From an uncultured Candidatus Saccharibacteria bacterium (GTDB lineage Bacteria > Patescibacteriota > Minisyncoccia > Phycocordibacterales > WO2-35-19): DNA of 47,047 nt. A program made the translations under genes and the position numbers. The stretch spans positions 1,980 to 49,026 of the forward strand of contig CAZHPR010000004.1 of the NCBI GenBank assembly GCA_964534305.1, read 5' to 3'. This document shows positions 15,700 to 24,733 of this stretch, one piece after another. Each line of letters starts with the position of its first letter. Position 1 is the first letter of the stretch. Under the pieces are notes generated by a model. That model did no database searches. It saw nothing but the letters and a program-made list of their open reading frames with translations, and was not told where the DNA came from.

Positions 15700-16228
15700 A
15701 CCCCACCCGCCCTTATGGGCACCCTCCCCTTGTTCAGGGGAGGGAAAACCACCATAATTATTAGATAGTGAGAATTCATAATTTAAGGAAATTTTTAGAT
15801 CGTAGGAAAGAATTAAGAAAGAAACAAACACCGCAAGAAGAAGTTTTGTGGTGGTATCTAAAGGATAAGAGGTTGGGTTTTAAGTTTAGAAGGCAGCATA
15901 GTGTGGGAGGGTATATCTTGGATTTTTATTGTAAAGATAAAAAACTTATAGTTGAAATTGATGGGGAAATACATAACACTAAAGAAAATCGAGAATACGA
16001 TGAGGTCAGGGATAAATTTTTTACCCAACTAGATTATAAAGTTTTGAGGATTTCAAATAATGAAATTGAAAATAACATAAAAGAAGTGCTCGAGAAAATA
16101 AAATTTTTATTGCGATAATAAATGAAATGGGGTTTTTGTTCTTCCCCCTCCTGCTCAAGGAGGGGGTTGGGGGAGGTGTGTTCCCTCCCCTGAACAAGGG
16201 GAGGGTGGCTGAGAAGCCGGGTGGGGTT
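15699..16228. mobile_element. DUF559 gene cassette bounded by inverted GC-rich hairpin repeats (putative small mobile element)
   Basis: The reverse complement of the left end (15699-15744) is CCCTCCCCTGAACAAGGGGAGGGTGCCCATAAGGGCGGGTGGGGTT. The right end (16183-16228) is CCCTCCCCTGAACAAGGGGAGGGTGGCTGAGAAGCCGGGTGGGGTT. An extra repeat unit sits at 16144-16180. Confidence 0.6.
15768..16118 (+). CDS. DUF559 (Vsr-like) endonuclease-domain protein
   Basis: RKxQTxxExxLWxxLK...GFKFRRQHxxGxYIxDFYC...IVEIDGxxH is the DUF559 pattern. GTG start. Confidence 0.8.
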   Translation: MRIHNLRKFLDRRKELRKKQTPQEEVLWWYLKDKRLGFKFRRQHSVGGYILDFYCKDKKLIVEIDGEIHNTKENREYDEVRDKFFTQLDYKVLRISNNEIENNIKEVLEKIKFLLR

Positions 16229-16271
16229 GGAATAGGGTGTTTTTTAAGGAATAATATTATATAATCGCCAC

Positions 16272-16802
16272 ATGGCAGGACATAATAAGTGGTCAAAAAT
16301 AAAAAACAAGAAAGCTGTAACTGACGCACAGAAGTCAAAAATATTTGGCAAACTTGTAAAACTAATATCGGTAGAATCAAAAAGGTGCAAAGGAGATATT
16401 AACTCCCCCTCCCTTCGTTCTGCAATAGAAAAAGCAAAGAGCGCAAATGTTCCAAACGACAACATAGACAGAGCAATAAAAAAGGGGCTCGGTGTTGGTG
16501 AAAAAGAAATGGAGTCAATAACCTACGAGAGTTATGGTCCTGGCGGCACTGCCATCATCATAGAAGCTCTTACAGACAACAGAAACAAGGCCGCTCAAGA
16601 AATAAAACATATTCTCTCTAGGAACGGATTTGAACTTGCCGTACCCGGATCAGCTCTTTGGGCATTTAGAAAAGAAAATGGTGAGTGGCTACCAAACAAC
16701 ACCATACCGATAAACGAAGAAGATGCTAACAAACTAGAAACAATAATTACTGAACTAGAAGAAAACGACGAAGTTCAGGACGTTTTTTGTAATGCAGAGT
16801 AA
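16272..16802 (+). CDS. YebC/PmpR-family protein (short form)
   Basis: N-terminus MAGHNKWSKIKNKKAVTDAQKSKIFGKL, followed by AIEKAKSANVPNDNIDRAIKKG. It lies directly upstream of ruvC, as is common. Confidence 0.85.
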   Translation: MAGHNKWSKIKNKKAVTDAQKSKIFGKLVKLISVESKRCKGDINSPSLRSAIEKAKSANVPNDNIDRAIKKGLGVGEKEMESITYESYGPGGTAIIIEALTDNRNKAAQEIKHILSRNGFELAVPGSALWAFRKENGEWLPNNTIPINEEDANKLETIITELEENDEVQDVFCNAE

Positions 16803-16834
16803 GTATTTAGCAGCAAGCATCCAGAATCTAGATT

Positions 16835-17362
16835 ATGAAAAAAGAAGAACCAAAAATCCCAACAGATAGAATACTGGGGGTAGATCCGGGTTATGGAAGA
16901 ATTGGTATAGCAATACTAGAAAAAGAAGCTGGTAAAGAAAAGCTTATTCATTCAGAGTGTTTTGAGACAGACAGCAAACTCCCCCACCACCAAAGACTGG
17001 TACTGATTGGCAACAGACTAAGAGATGTTATAGAAGAGTTTGGCCCACAAAAACTAGCCGTAGAAACATTGCTCTTTAGCAAAAACGCAAAAACAGCCTT
17101 GAAGGTAGCCGAATCTAGGGGGGTTGTAATTATGGAAGCAGCAAGAATGGGGCTTTCTATTTCAGAGTTCAACCCAAACTCTATAAAACTTGCGGTGACT
17201 GGTTATGGCAAAAGTGATAAAAAACAAATTATACTAATGATTGATCGTATATTTAATATAAAAAACTTACAGAGTAGCCGACCCAAAATAAAGTTTGATG
17301 ACGAATATGATGCAATTTCTGTCGCTCTTACCTGCGCGGTAACAAAAGAAATAAAATTTTAG
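16835..17362 (+). CDS. ruvC: Crossover junction endodeoxyribonuclease RuvC
   Basis: ILGVDPGYGRIGIAILE (catalytic Asp), and the C-terminal DEYDAISVAL motif. Confidence 0.9.
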   Translation: MKKEEPKIPTDRILGVDPGYGRIGIAILEKEAGKEKLIHSECFETDSKLPHHQRLVLIGNRLRDVIEEFGPQKLAVETLLFSKNAKTALKVAESRGVVIMEAARMGLSISEFNPNSIKLAVTGYGKSDKKQIILMIDRIFNIKNLQSSRPKIKFDDEYDAISVALTCAVTKEIKF

Positions 17363-17454
17363 TTTTCCACACACAAGACCTGTTGCAAAGTTATATGGGT
17401 GTGATAAAAAGTATTTACACACTATTTGTGTGTTTAAAAATAAAAAAATAAAAT

Positions 17455-17625
17455 ATGTACGACGATGATAAAGATTTAGATACAGAAGCAGAAGAAATGA
17501 AAGCAGCTGGGATGCATGCAGTAGGAGAGGATACTGACGAAGATCCTGATATGGTTGAATCTGGAGGAGATGACGGAGAAGACGAGGATGAAGAAGATGA
17601 GGATGATGATGAAGAGGTTGAGTAA
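17455..17625 (+). CDS. 56-aa polyacidic small protein (hypothetical)
   Basis: Below the ORF-track cutoff. ATG 17455 to TAA 17623-17625 reads MYDDDKDLDTEAEEMKAAGMHAVGEDTDEDPDMVESGGDDGEDEDEEDEDDDEEVE. A strong terminator follows about 15 nt downstream. The listed - ORF 17267..17641 is its antisense shadow. Confidence 0.4.
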   Translation: MYDDDKDLDTEAEEMKAAGMHAVGEDTDEDPDMVESGGDDGEDEDEEDEDDDEEVE

Positions 17626-17639
17626 GATATGTAAATAAC

Positions 17640-17666
17640 AAAAGACCGGCACTGCCGGTTTTTTTG
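17640..17666. terminator. Bidirectional rho-independent terminator (small acidic ORF / tyrS)
   Basis: AAAAGACCGGCACTGCCGGTTTTTTT: a GC stem ACCGGCA/TGCCGGT flanked by an A-run and a T-run, placed between convergent genes. Confidence 0.8.
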
Positions 17667-19049
17667 TTAGATTTCTATAACTACAAAAGTCTTTTTGCCT
17701 ATCTTTAGTTTGCGCGTACTGAGAACCATCTCATTTGGATCTTTGATTTTTTTATCAGGAAACTCTGACACCGCTCCAGACTCTACAAGCCTCCTAAATT
17801 CTGACTTTGATTCTACCAGACCATTTGATACCAAAACATCCACAATCTTTTCTGAAGCGGAAGACTTTATCACAACCGCATCTTCTGGAAACTCTTTTTT
17901 ACCAAATACGTTTAAAAAAGCCTCCTTTGCAGAAAGGGCTATATTTTCATCGTGATACATAGAGACTACTTGCCTTGCCAACTCAAGTTTTATATCTCTC
18001 GGATTGGTGCCAGATTGAATAGCGGAAATCATTTTGATTATCTCATCTTGCGGAGCTTCGGTGCACAACTCAAGATATTCCTGCATCAGAGAATCTGGTA
18101 TAGACATAATCTTACCAAACATCTCACTTGCGGGTTCATTTATTGCAATGTAGTTATCAAGACTCTTGCTCATTTTTTCCTTACCATCAGTACCTCTAAG
18201 TATCCTGCAAGAAACAACAGACTGAGGAGCAACACCGTTTATTTTCATAACATCTCTACCCATCAGCATATTAAAGGTCTGATCCGTACCCCCTATCTCA
18301 AGATCACATGACCCGTAGATTTGAGACAATATATAAGAATCAATTCCTTGGAGCACTGGATACAACATCTCATGCATAAACAACTCCTCACCAGATTTTA
18401 TTCTGTCCTGGAACATATCTCTTGAGATAAGTCTTTGGTGAGTTATATGTCTCAATGTCCACAATAGTCCTCTCATAGTAACGGAGCGTATTTCTTGTTT
18501 GTCTAGTATTTTTGATTGCATTCTGGTATTGGTATACAAAACTGATTTACCAACAAAGCTGTTAGAAGGTATCTCCGCATCAAAACTAAACCCAGCTTTT
18601 TTCACAGTCAAAGTAATCCTCTCATCGCCTGGGATTATGTCCTCTACCGCAATAAACCAATCTGAATTCCTAATCCAAGAAAAAACACTTTCATCCGTTC
18701 TTAAAACCTTACCGACTTGCTCTAGGTAGGTTTTCATATTTTCTTCTATTTCTTTTTGATCTATCTCTGGACGAACCTTTGACTTACCTGTTGGGTCCCC
18801 TATTCTTGCAGTAAAGTCACCAACAAGAAAAATAACTTTGCATCCCAAATCCTGCATCTTACGCAAAAACCTAAAAACGATTGCGTGTCCTAAATGTATG
18901 TCTGGTCTAGTTGGATCAACCCCAAACTTTATTACAATATCACCACTGTATTCACCTTTTATTTTCTTTTCTAGTTTGTTGGCAAAAGAATTGTCTGGAT
19001 CAAAAAATTCAGCCACTACTCTGCTTTTTAGTACCTCTTTTTCATTCAT
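17667..19049 (-). CDS. tyrS: Tyrosyl-tRNA synthetase
   Basis: HIGH motif (PDIHLGHAI), GGTDQTFNMLMGRD, KMSKS, and a C-terminal S4-like domain. The start is taken at ATG 19049 (MNEKEVLK), because the longer ORF overlaps the divergent PBP gene. Confidence 0.9.
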   Translation of the reverse strand: MNEKEVLKSRVVAEFFDPDNSFANKLEKKIKGEYSGDIVIKFGVDPTRPDIHLGHAIVFRFLRKMQDLGCKVIFLVGDFTARIGDPTGKSKVRPEIDQKEIEENMKTYLEQVGKVLRTDESVFSWIRNSDWFIAVEDIIPGDERITLTVKKAGFSFDAEIPSNSFVGKSVLYTNTRMQSKILDKQEIRSVTMRGLLWTLRHITHQRLISRDMFQDRIKSGEELFMHEMLYPVLQGIDSYILSQIYGSCDLEIGGTDQTFNMLMGRDVMKINGVAPQSVVSCRILRGTDGKEKMSKSLDNYIAINEPASEMFGKIMSIPDSLMQEYLELCTEAPQDEIIKMISAIQSGTNPRDIKLELARQVVSMYHDENIALSAKEAFLNVFGKKEFPEDAVVIKSSASEKIVDVLVSNGLVESKSEFRRLVESGAVSEFPDKKIKDPNEMVLSTRKLKIGKKTFVVIEI

Positions 19050-19106
19050 ATGAATAAATCTATCATATTTAGGTTTTTTTTGGTATAATGATAAAAATAA
19101 ACTCCT

Positions 19107-21260
19107 ATGTTTAATAACATAAGATTTTTTGCAAAAAAACACAAAGAGGGTCTCCGGACCATTTTTTTGCTTTTGGTCTCTCTTTTTATATTTATTCTAG
19201 GATTAGTAGCTTTATGGACCTCCACCTTTAAAGTTCCAACCCTTGAGTCCATAAGAGAAAGACGGGTCACAGAGTCTACAAAAATATATGACCGAACTGG
19301 CCAAATACTTCTATACGACACAGGAGGAGATATAAGGAGAAGCATTGTCCCAATAGAAGAAATCTCTATAAATATAAAGAACGCGACCATCGCAATAGAA
19401 GACAGAGAGTTTTATGAACATAGAGGTATAAAACCAAAAGCAATCCTTAGAGCCATAATCGCAAACATTCTAACACTTGAGTGGAGTCAGGGAGGCTCAA
19501 CAATAACCCAACAAGTTGTAAAAAATTCTATCCTTACCAACGACAAAGATATATCGAGAAAACTCAAAGAGTGGGTTTTGGCCCTCAAGTTGGAGCAGAT
19601 GATAAACAAGGATGAAATTTTGTCTATGTATCTAAATGAGATACCTTACGGCGGAAATCTCTATGGCGTTGAGGAAGCAAGTAATACATTTTTTGGTAAA
19701 TCATCAAGAGATGTAAGTCTTGCCGAAGCGGCTTACCTGGCGTCTATACCAAAGGCCCCAACTTTCTACTCCCCATATGGAAAAAACAAAGATCGTTTGG
19801 AAGTTAGAAAAAATTTGGTTCTTTCGGAGATGCTAAAAAATAATTTTATAACCGAAGATGAGTACAACCAAGCAAAGTCTGAGGTAGTAAACTTTTTGGG
19901 CAAAAGTGACGCTAGTGTAAAAGCGCCTCATTTTATTTTTTACACTCTCGATTATATAAGAAACAAGTATGGAGAAAGTATTCTTGATCAAGGTGGCCTA
20001 AAAATAATAACTTCCCTTGACTATGAACTTCAGTCTATCGCAGAAGATATTGCCAATGATTACGCGTTAGAAAATAAAAATAAGTTTAATGCAGAAAATG
20101 CAGCGATTGTAGCAGTAGACCCAAAAAATGGAGGGATTATAACCATGGTTGGCTCCAGGGACTATTTTGATAAAGATATTGATGGAGCATTTAATGTAGT
20201 CACAGCAAAAAGACAGCCTGGATCAACCTTCAAACCTTTCGTATACTCACAGGCTTTTATTAAAGGCTACACCCCAGAAACAGTGCTCTTTGATGTAAAG
20301 ACCCAATTCTCTACCACTTGCGCACCAGATAACCTAACAACTGGTAACGGTTGTTATTCACCAGATAACTACGACAATCAATATAGAGGTCCTGTGACCC
20401 TAAGAAGCGCCTTAGCTCAATCATTAAACATTCCTTCTGTAAAAGTCCTTTATCTTGCTGGACTCAACGAATCAATAAGACTTGCTAGAGATATGGGTAT
20501 GCTCTCTCTCACAAACAAAGGAGACTATGGTCTTACATTGGTGCTTGGAGGTGGAGAAGTTACTCCCCTAGAAATAACTTCTGCTTATGGAGTATTTGCA
20601 AACAATGGTATCAAAACGGACATCTCTCCAATAATAGAAATAAAAGATAGAGACGGAAATGTAATACAAAAGCACAACGCTGGAGGATCAGAAGTACTAC
20701 CAAAAGAAATAGCCCTTAAGATATCAAGCATTTTGAGCGATAACGACGCGAGAGCACCGTCTTTCGGACAAACATCAGCATTACACTTCCCTACTAGAGA
20801 TGTGGCAGTAAAGACTGGTACCACAAACGACTACAGAGACGCTTGGATAATCGGTTATACACCAAGCATTGCCGTCGGAGCATGGGCGGGCAATAACGAT
20901 AATAGTCCTATGGAGAAAAAGGTGGCTGGGTTTATAGTAGCGCCTATGTGGAGAGCTTTTATGGATAGAGTTCTTATGAAATATAGTTTTGAAAGCTTTG
21001 AGGAGCCCCTCATTGAGAATGGTCCTGATTTGAAACCAGTACTAAGAGGTATCTGGCAAGGTGGTATCCAACAAGAAAATAGTAATGTTGTAACAGGTGG
21101 AGTACACACAATCCTTAATTGGGTTGATAAAAACAACCCTAGAGGAGAAGTACCAGAAAACCCAAACGAAGATCCACAATTTGAAAGATGGGAATATTCT
21201 GTAAGGATGTGGGCAGAAAACAACAATCTAACTCAAGATAATCCTTTTACTATAAACTAG
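19107..21260 (+). CDS. Class A penicillin-binding protein (glycosyltransferase GT51 + transpeptidase)
   Basis: GT51 motifs EDREFYEHRGI, GGSTITQQ and RKLKEW. Transpeptidase motifs STFK, SLN and KTGTT. N-terminal membrane anchor. Confidence 0.9.
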   Translation: MFNNIRFFAKKHKEGLRTIFLLLVSLFIFILGLVALWTSTFKVPTLESIRERRVTESTKIYDRTGQILLYDTGGDIRRSIVPIEEISINIKNATIAIEDREFYEHRGIKPKAILRAIIANILTLEWSQGGSTITQQVVKNSILTNDKDISRKLKEWVLALKLEQMINKDEILSMYLNEIPYGGNLYGVEEASNTFFGKSSRDVSLAEAAYLASIPKAPTFYSPYGKNKDRLEVRKNLVLSEMLKNNFITEDEYNQAKSEVVNFLGKSDASVKAPHFIFYTLDYIRNKYGESILDQGGLKIITSLDYELQSIAEDIANDYALENKNKFNAENAAIVAVDPKNGGIITMVGSRDYFDKDIDGAFNVVTAKRQPGSTFKPFVYSQAFIKGYTPETVLFDVKTQFSTTCAPDNLTTGNGCYSPDNYDNQYRGPVTLRSALAQSLNIPSVKVLYLAGLNESIRLARDMGMLSLTNKGDYGLTLVLGGGEVTPLEITSAYGVFANNGIKTDISPIIEIKDRDGNVIQKHNAGGSEVLPKEIALKISSILSDNDARAPSFGQTSALHFPTRDVAVKTGTTNDYRDAWIIGYTPSIAVGAWAGNNDNSPMEKKVAGFIVAPMWRAFMDRVLMKYSFESFEEPLIENGPDLKPVLRGIWQGGIQQENSNVVTGGVHTILNWVDKNNPRGEVPENPNEDPQFERWEYSVRMWAENNNLTQDNPFTIN

Positions 21261-21505
21261 TTTAGGTTTTTATTGATACCTGATTTTTTTAACGAATCCA
21301 TTATTTTTTCCATATTCATAAGTATCTCCCCTTTGTATATTGGTTTTGATTTTATATAAATCGAATTTTCTTTTATCTCTATTTGGTTTTCGAATATTTT
21401 TATACCCGTTATTTTATAGATAGTATCGGCTACCAAAAATTTAGTATCCGAATTGTTTTTATCTAATTTTAAAAACTTATCGAAGAAGTTTTTAATCTCT
21501 ATCAT
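21257..21505 (-). CDS. Small hypothetical protein downstream of dnaN (possibly DUF721-like)
   Basis: 82-aa ORF 2 nt downstream of dnaN. The functional guess rests on position only. Confidence 0.35.
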   Translation of the reverse strand: MIEIKNFFDKFLKLDKNNSDTKFLVADTIYKITGIKIFENQIEIKENSIYIKSKPIYKGEILMNMEKIMDSLKKSGINKNLN

Positions 21506-21507
21506 AA

Positions 21508-22605
21508 CTACCTATTCATAGGCATTAACACATAAGTAAAACTATTATCGTTTGCCCCTTTTATTATAAGAGGTTTACCAACACCATTAAAACCAAGATT
21601 TATACTATCTGAGAATATAGACTGGAAACAATCAGATAAATACTTGTTATTGAAATTAAGCTCAACACCATCACCTTCAACATTGGATTTTATAGACTCA
21701 GTGTATTCACCAACATTATTATTTTTTGATTCTATTGTTAGTGTTTTGTTTTTTGAATCAACTTTTAATTTTATTTGATTTAAAGAATCAGAAAAAACAA
21801 CCGATGATTTTATTGCATTTATAAGTTCACTCTTTAATAAAACAACATTTGTTGTCGGCTCCTTGGGTATAATTTGTTTATAATCAGGAAATGACCCGTC
21901 TATAAGCCTAGAAACTAAGTATAAGTCTTTGTACTTGAAAGCAACTTGGTTTTTATCAAACAAAACATCTATTTCACCATCAAAACCCTCTAATATTTTT
22001 ATAATTTCAACTACATTTTTATAAGGTAGTAATATTGGCTGGAAATCACCACCAACCTTAACATGAATATTTTTTTCAGCTAACCTAAACGAATCTGTAG
22101 AGACAAATGTTAAATAACTGTCATTTCTATAAACATAAACACTTGATAGCTCTGGTTTTATTGTTGAATTTGAAGCACTGTACCAGACAGATCTAAACCC
22201 AATTAAAAGATCGTTTATTGGTATTTTTACACTCACAGTATTGTTTATGGATGGTATAGATGGGAAGTCATCCTTAGACATACACTTTATAAGTGCTTTG
22301 TTTTTTAAGGTTGTGATATGTAGATTGTTATCAGAAATCTCAAAATTTATTTTTTCATCCTTTATAGTTGCTATTGTATTGAGTAGTATTGCAGAGGGAA
22401 CAACAAAAGAACCGGTATCTGTTGATTTAACTTTTGTTTTAAATTCAAAACCCAAATCAAGGTTTGTTGATTTTATAATTAAGTCTTCTTTGTTTATTTC
22501 AAAATAAACACAAGATAGTACTGGTAGAGTGAGATGTTTACCAGTTAGCCGACTAGCCTTTTGTAAAATACTTTCTATTTTTGTTTTTTCTGTTTCAAAT
22601 TTCAT
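21508..22605 (-). CDS. dnaN: DNA polymerase III beta sliding clamp
   Basis: 365 aa with a three-domain clamp pattern. The N-terminus reads MKFETEK...LQKASRLTGKHLTLPVLSCVYFEI. It lies immediately downstream of dnaA. Confidence 0.9.
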   Translation of the reverse strand: MKFETEKTKIESILQKASRLTGKHLTLPVLSCVYFEINKEDLIIKSTNLDLGFEFKTKVKSTDTGSFVVPSAILLNTIATIKDEKINFEISDNNLHITTLKNKALIKCMSKDDFPSIPSINNTVSVKIPINDLLIGFRSVWYSASNSTIKPELSSVYVYRNDSYLTFVSTDSFRLAEKNIHVKVGGDFQPILLPYKNVVEIIKILEGFDGEIDVLFDKNQVAFKYKDLYLVSRLIDGSFPDYKQIIPKEPTTNVVLLKSELINAIKSSVVFSDSLNQIKLKVDSKNKTLTIESKNNNVGEYTESIKSNVEGDGVELNFNNKYLSDCFQSIFSDSINLGFNGVGKPLIIKGANDNSFTYVLMPMNR

Positions 22606-22802
22606 ATTTTAAATAAGAAGGTTTTTTATTATATACACTGTGGATTTGTGGATTTCTTTTTATAACCTTATTTTGCAATATTTTTTGGTCTATTAATTTT
22701 ATAACACTGTGAATTATTTATTAATAAGTATTTGTTAAGTTTGATTATTGGTTATATATCCACTACCTTTATACTCTTTATTAACTAATTATCAACAGGT
22801 AA
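22606..22802. promoter_or_regulatory. Candidate oriC (DnaA-box cluster in the dnaA-dnaN intergenic region)
   Basis: DnaA-box-like 9-mers: TGTGGATTT at 22639-22647 and 22647-22655, TGTGAATTA at 22708-22716, ATATCCACT at 22756-22764, and TTATCAACA at 22789-22797. Each matches TTATCCACA at 7-8 of 9 positions. Very AT-rich tracts lie between them. Confidence 0.6.
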
Positions 22803-24146
22803 TTAACCGATGATGGAACGTATTTCCTGAATCTCTCTTGTAAGGGTAGGATCATTTTTTAGATCATTTTTTATTTTTTCACATGAGTGGATGACTGTTG
22901 TATGGTCTCTTCCACCCAATTTCTCCCCTATTGATGGGTAAGATATACTAAAATCTTCTCTCAGAATATACATTATCACCTGTCTTGGTTTTATTATCTC
23001 TTTTTTTCTTGTTTTTTCATAAATACTGTCTTCTTCAATCTTATAGAAATCAGATATTATTTTTACCACCTCTTTATATGAAAGTGATTTTTTGTTTTTT
23101 ATACTATTTTTGATAAGTTCTTTAACCTCATTCATTGATAATATTCTCCCTTTGTTCTCTGTTTGGCATATTATAAGGTTTATAACACCCTCTATATCTC
23201 TAATATTACCCTTGATTGAATCGGCCAAGTAATCAACCATATCTTGGTCCATAAAAAAGCCAACATTTGCGCATTTAGCCTTTATTATGGCAGCTCTTGA
23301 TTCCATATCTGGAGCGGGTATATCAATAACCATTCCCGAAGAAAATCTAGATTTTAACCTATCTTCTAGTCCAACAATCATATTTGGGTGTTTATCAGAA
23401 GAAAATATAACCTGTCTGTTCATTTCTTTCATTGTGTTGAATAGATGAAAGAATTCTTCTTGAGTCTTGTCCTTTCCAGAGAAAAATTGGATATCGTCCA
23501 TTATCAAAACATCATATTTTCTATATTTTTCTTTAAAGAGATTAACCTTATTCTCTTGCATTGAGTTTACATAGTCGTTTGTAAACTTTTCGGATGTTAG
23601 ATAGTAGATCTTTTTTGATGGGTTTGAACTTTTTACTGCATTACCAATTGATTGTATTAGGTGTGTTTTTCCATGTCCGGTGCTTCCGTATATAAAAAGT
23701 GGGTTGTATGCAACGCCTGGATTTTTTATAACTGCTTGTGCCGCAGCAAAGGCAAGCTCGTTGAAAGGCCCAACAACAAATGACTCAAGTGTATATCTAG
23801 GGTTCAGATTATCCTCTTTGTTTACATAGTAATCTGACAAAGGAAGCTCTCTTATAGGCGATATTGGCTTGTTTGGAACGTACTGGTTTTTTGTTTTGCA
23901 TTCTTCTTTTATTACATACTCTAGAGCGTGTACTGATTCAGAGCTACCTCGCAAACCCTTTAGAATTAATGGATGATATTTTTTGATCAGCCATTCTTTA
24001 ACAAAAGTGTTTGGGACACTTAGGAATATTGTTCCATTATCAAAACCGGAGATTTTTGTATCCTTGAACCATGTCGCAAAGTTTGCCTTAGAGACAGTTG
24101 TCTCTAGTTCGGCGAGTACCTTGTTCCAAAGCTCTTTGGTATCCAT
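22803..24146 (-). CDS. dnaA: Chromosomal replication initiator DnaA
   Basis: Walker A GSTGHGKTHL, Walker B VLIMDDIQF, and the C-terminal DNA-binding signature GGRDHTTVIHSCEKI. Confidence 0.95.
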   Translation of the reverse strand: MDTKELWNKVLAELETTVSKANFATWFKDTKISGFDNGTIFLSVPNTFVKEWLIKKYHPLILKGLRGSSESVHALEYVIKEECKTKNQYVPNKPISPIRELPLSDYYVNKEDNLNPRYTLESFVVGPFNELAFAAAQAVIKNPGVAYNPLFIYGSTGHGKTHLIQSIGNAVKSSNPSKKIYYLTSEKFTNDYVNSMQENKVNLFKEKYRKYDVLIMDDIQFFSGKDKTQEEFFHLFNTMKEMNRQVIFSSDKHPNMIVGLEDRLKSRFSSGMVIDIPAPDMESRAAIIKAKCANVGFFMDQDMVDYLADSIKGNIRDIEGVINLIICQTENKGRILSMNEVKELIKNSIKNKKSLSYKEVVKIISDFYKIEEDSIYEKTRKKEIIKPRQVIMYILREDFSISYPSIGEKLGGRDHTTVIHSCEKIKNDLKNDPTLTREIQEIRSIIG

Positions 24147-24257
24147 GAGAGCTATTATATATTCTAATCAAAATTATGGAACTTGTATTTAGCTATAAAT
24201 ATGTTTATAATGTGTTAACAATCAGTGGAAATAAAATTTAAATAGATAAAAATTTTT

Positions 24258-24392
24258 ATGTCAACAACTTATCAACCCAAAAAAAGAAAGAGAGCAAAGA
24301 CACATGGTTTTCTAAAAAGAAAGAAGACTGCTGGTGGTAGCAAGGTCATAAAGAACAGGAGGAGGAAAGGAAGGAAGAAGGTGGCTTTATAA
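24258..24392 (+). CDS. rpmH: 50S ribosomal protein bL34
   Basis: Below the ORF-track cutoff. It reads [44 protein letters not shown] and lies directly upstream of rnpA. Confidence 0.9.
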   Translation: MSTTYQPKKRKRAKTHGFLKRKKTAGGSKVIKNRRRKGRKKVAL

Positions 24393-24406
24393 AAGTCTCA
24401 AAACTG

Positions 24407-24733
24407 ATGCTCCCAAAACACAAAAGAGTCTCAAGGGAAGACATGGGTTTTATCAAAAAAGCCAATGTTTTCGGTAGTAATGACCTCTTTTCATTGAGGG
24501 CTATTGAAAAAGGTCTACCAAATTCAAAAATATCATTTTCTGTTTCAAAAAAGGTTGCAAAAAGCGCTGTTGTTAGAAACAGGCTAAGAAGATTTGGATA
24601 CCGATCGGTAGAGAGTATAATAGACAATATAAAAAATTACCTAATAGTTTTTTATTTCAAAAAAATACCGAAGGGTTTTGAGGAAGTAGAAGAAGGTGTT
24701 AAAGATTTATTAAATAAGACCAAAATAAAATGA
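24407..24733 (+). CDS. rnpA: RNase P protein component
   Basis: Basic 108-aa protein in the conserved rpmH-rnpA-yidC order. An RNR-like motif is present (AVVRNRLRR). Confidence 0.85.
   Translation: MLPKHKRVSREDMGFIKKANVFGSNDLFSLRAIEKGLPNSKISFSVSKKVAKSAVVRNRLRRFGYRSVESIIDNIKNYLIVFYFKKIPKGFEEVEEGVKDLLNKTKIK

Noticed and set aside
16021-16465. ORFs 16021..16380 (-) and 16244..16465 (-)
   Set aside because: They run through the GC-rich hairpin repeats and lie antisense to the DUF559 and yebC-like genes. The Pro/Gly-rich translation is a repeat artefact.
17267-17641. His/Leu-rich ORF 17267..17641 (-)
   Set aside because: It is antisense to the GAT/GAA-rich polyacidic small ORF and to the ruvC 3' end. 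Its composition is the complement artefact of Asp/Glu codons.
19050-19142. N-terminal extension of tyrS overlapping the PBP gene start
   Set aside because: The extension has no TyrRS homology and would overlap the divergent PBP start. ATG 19049 gives a normal TyrRS N-terminus.
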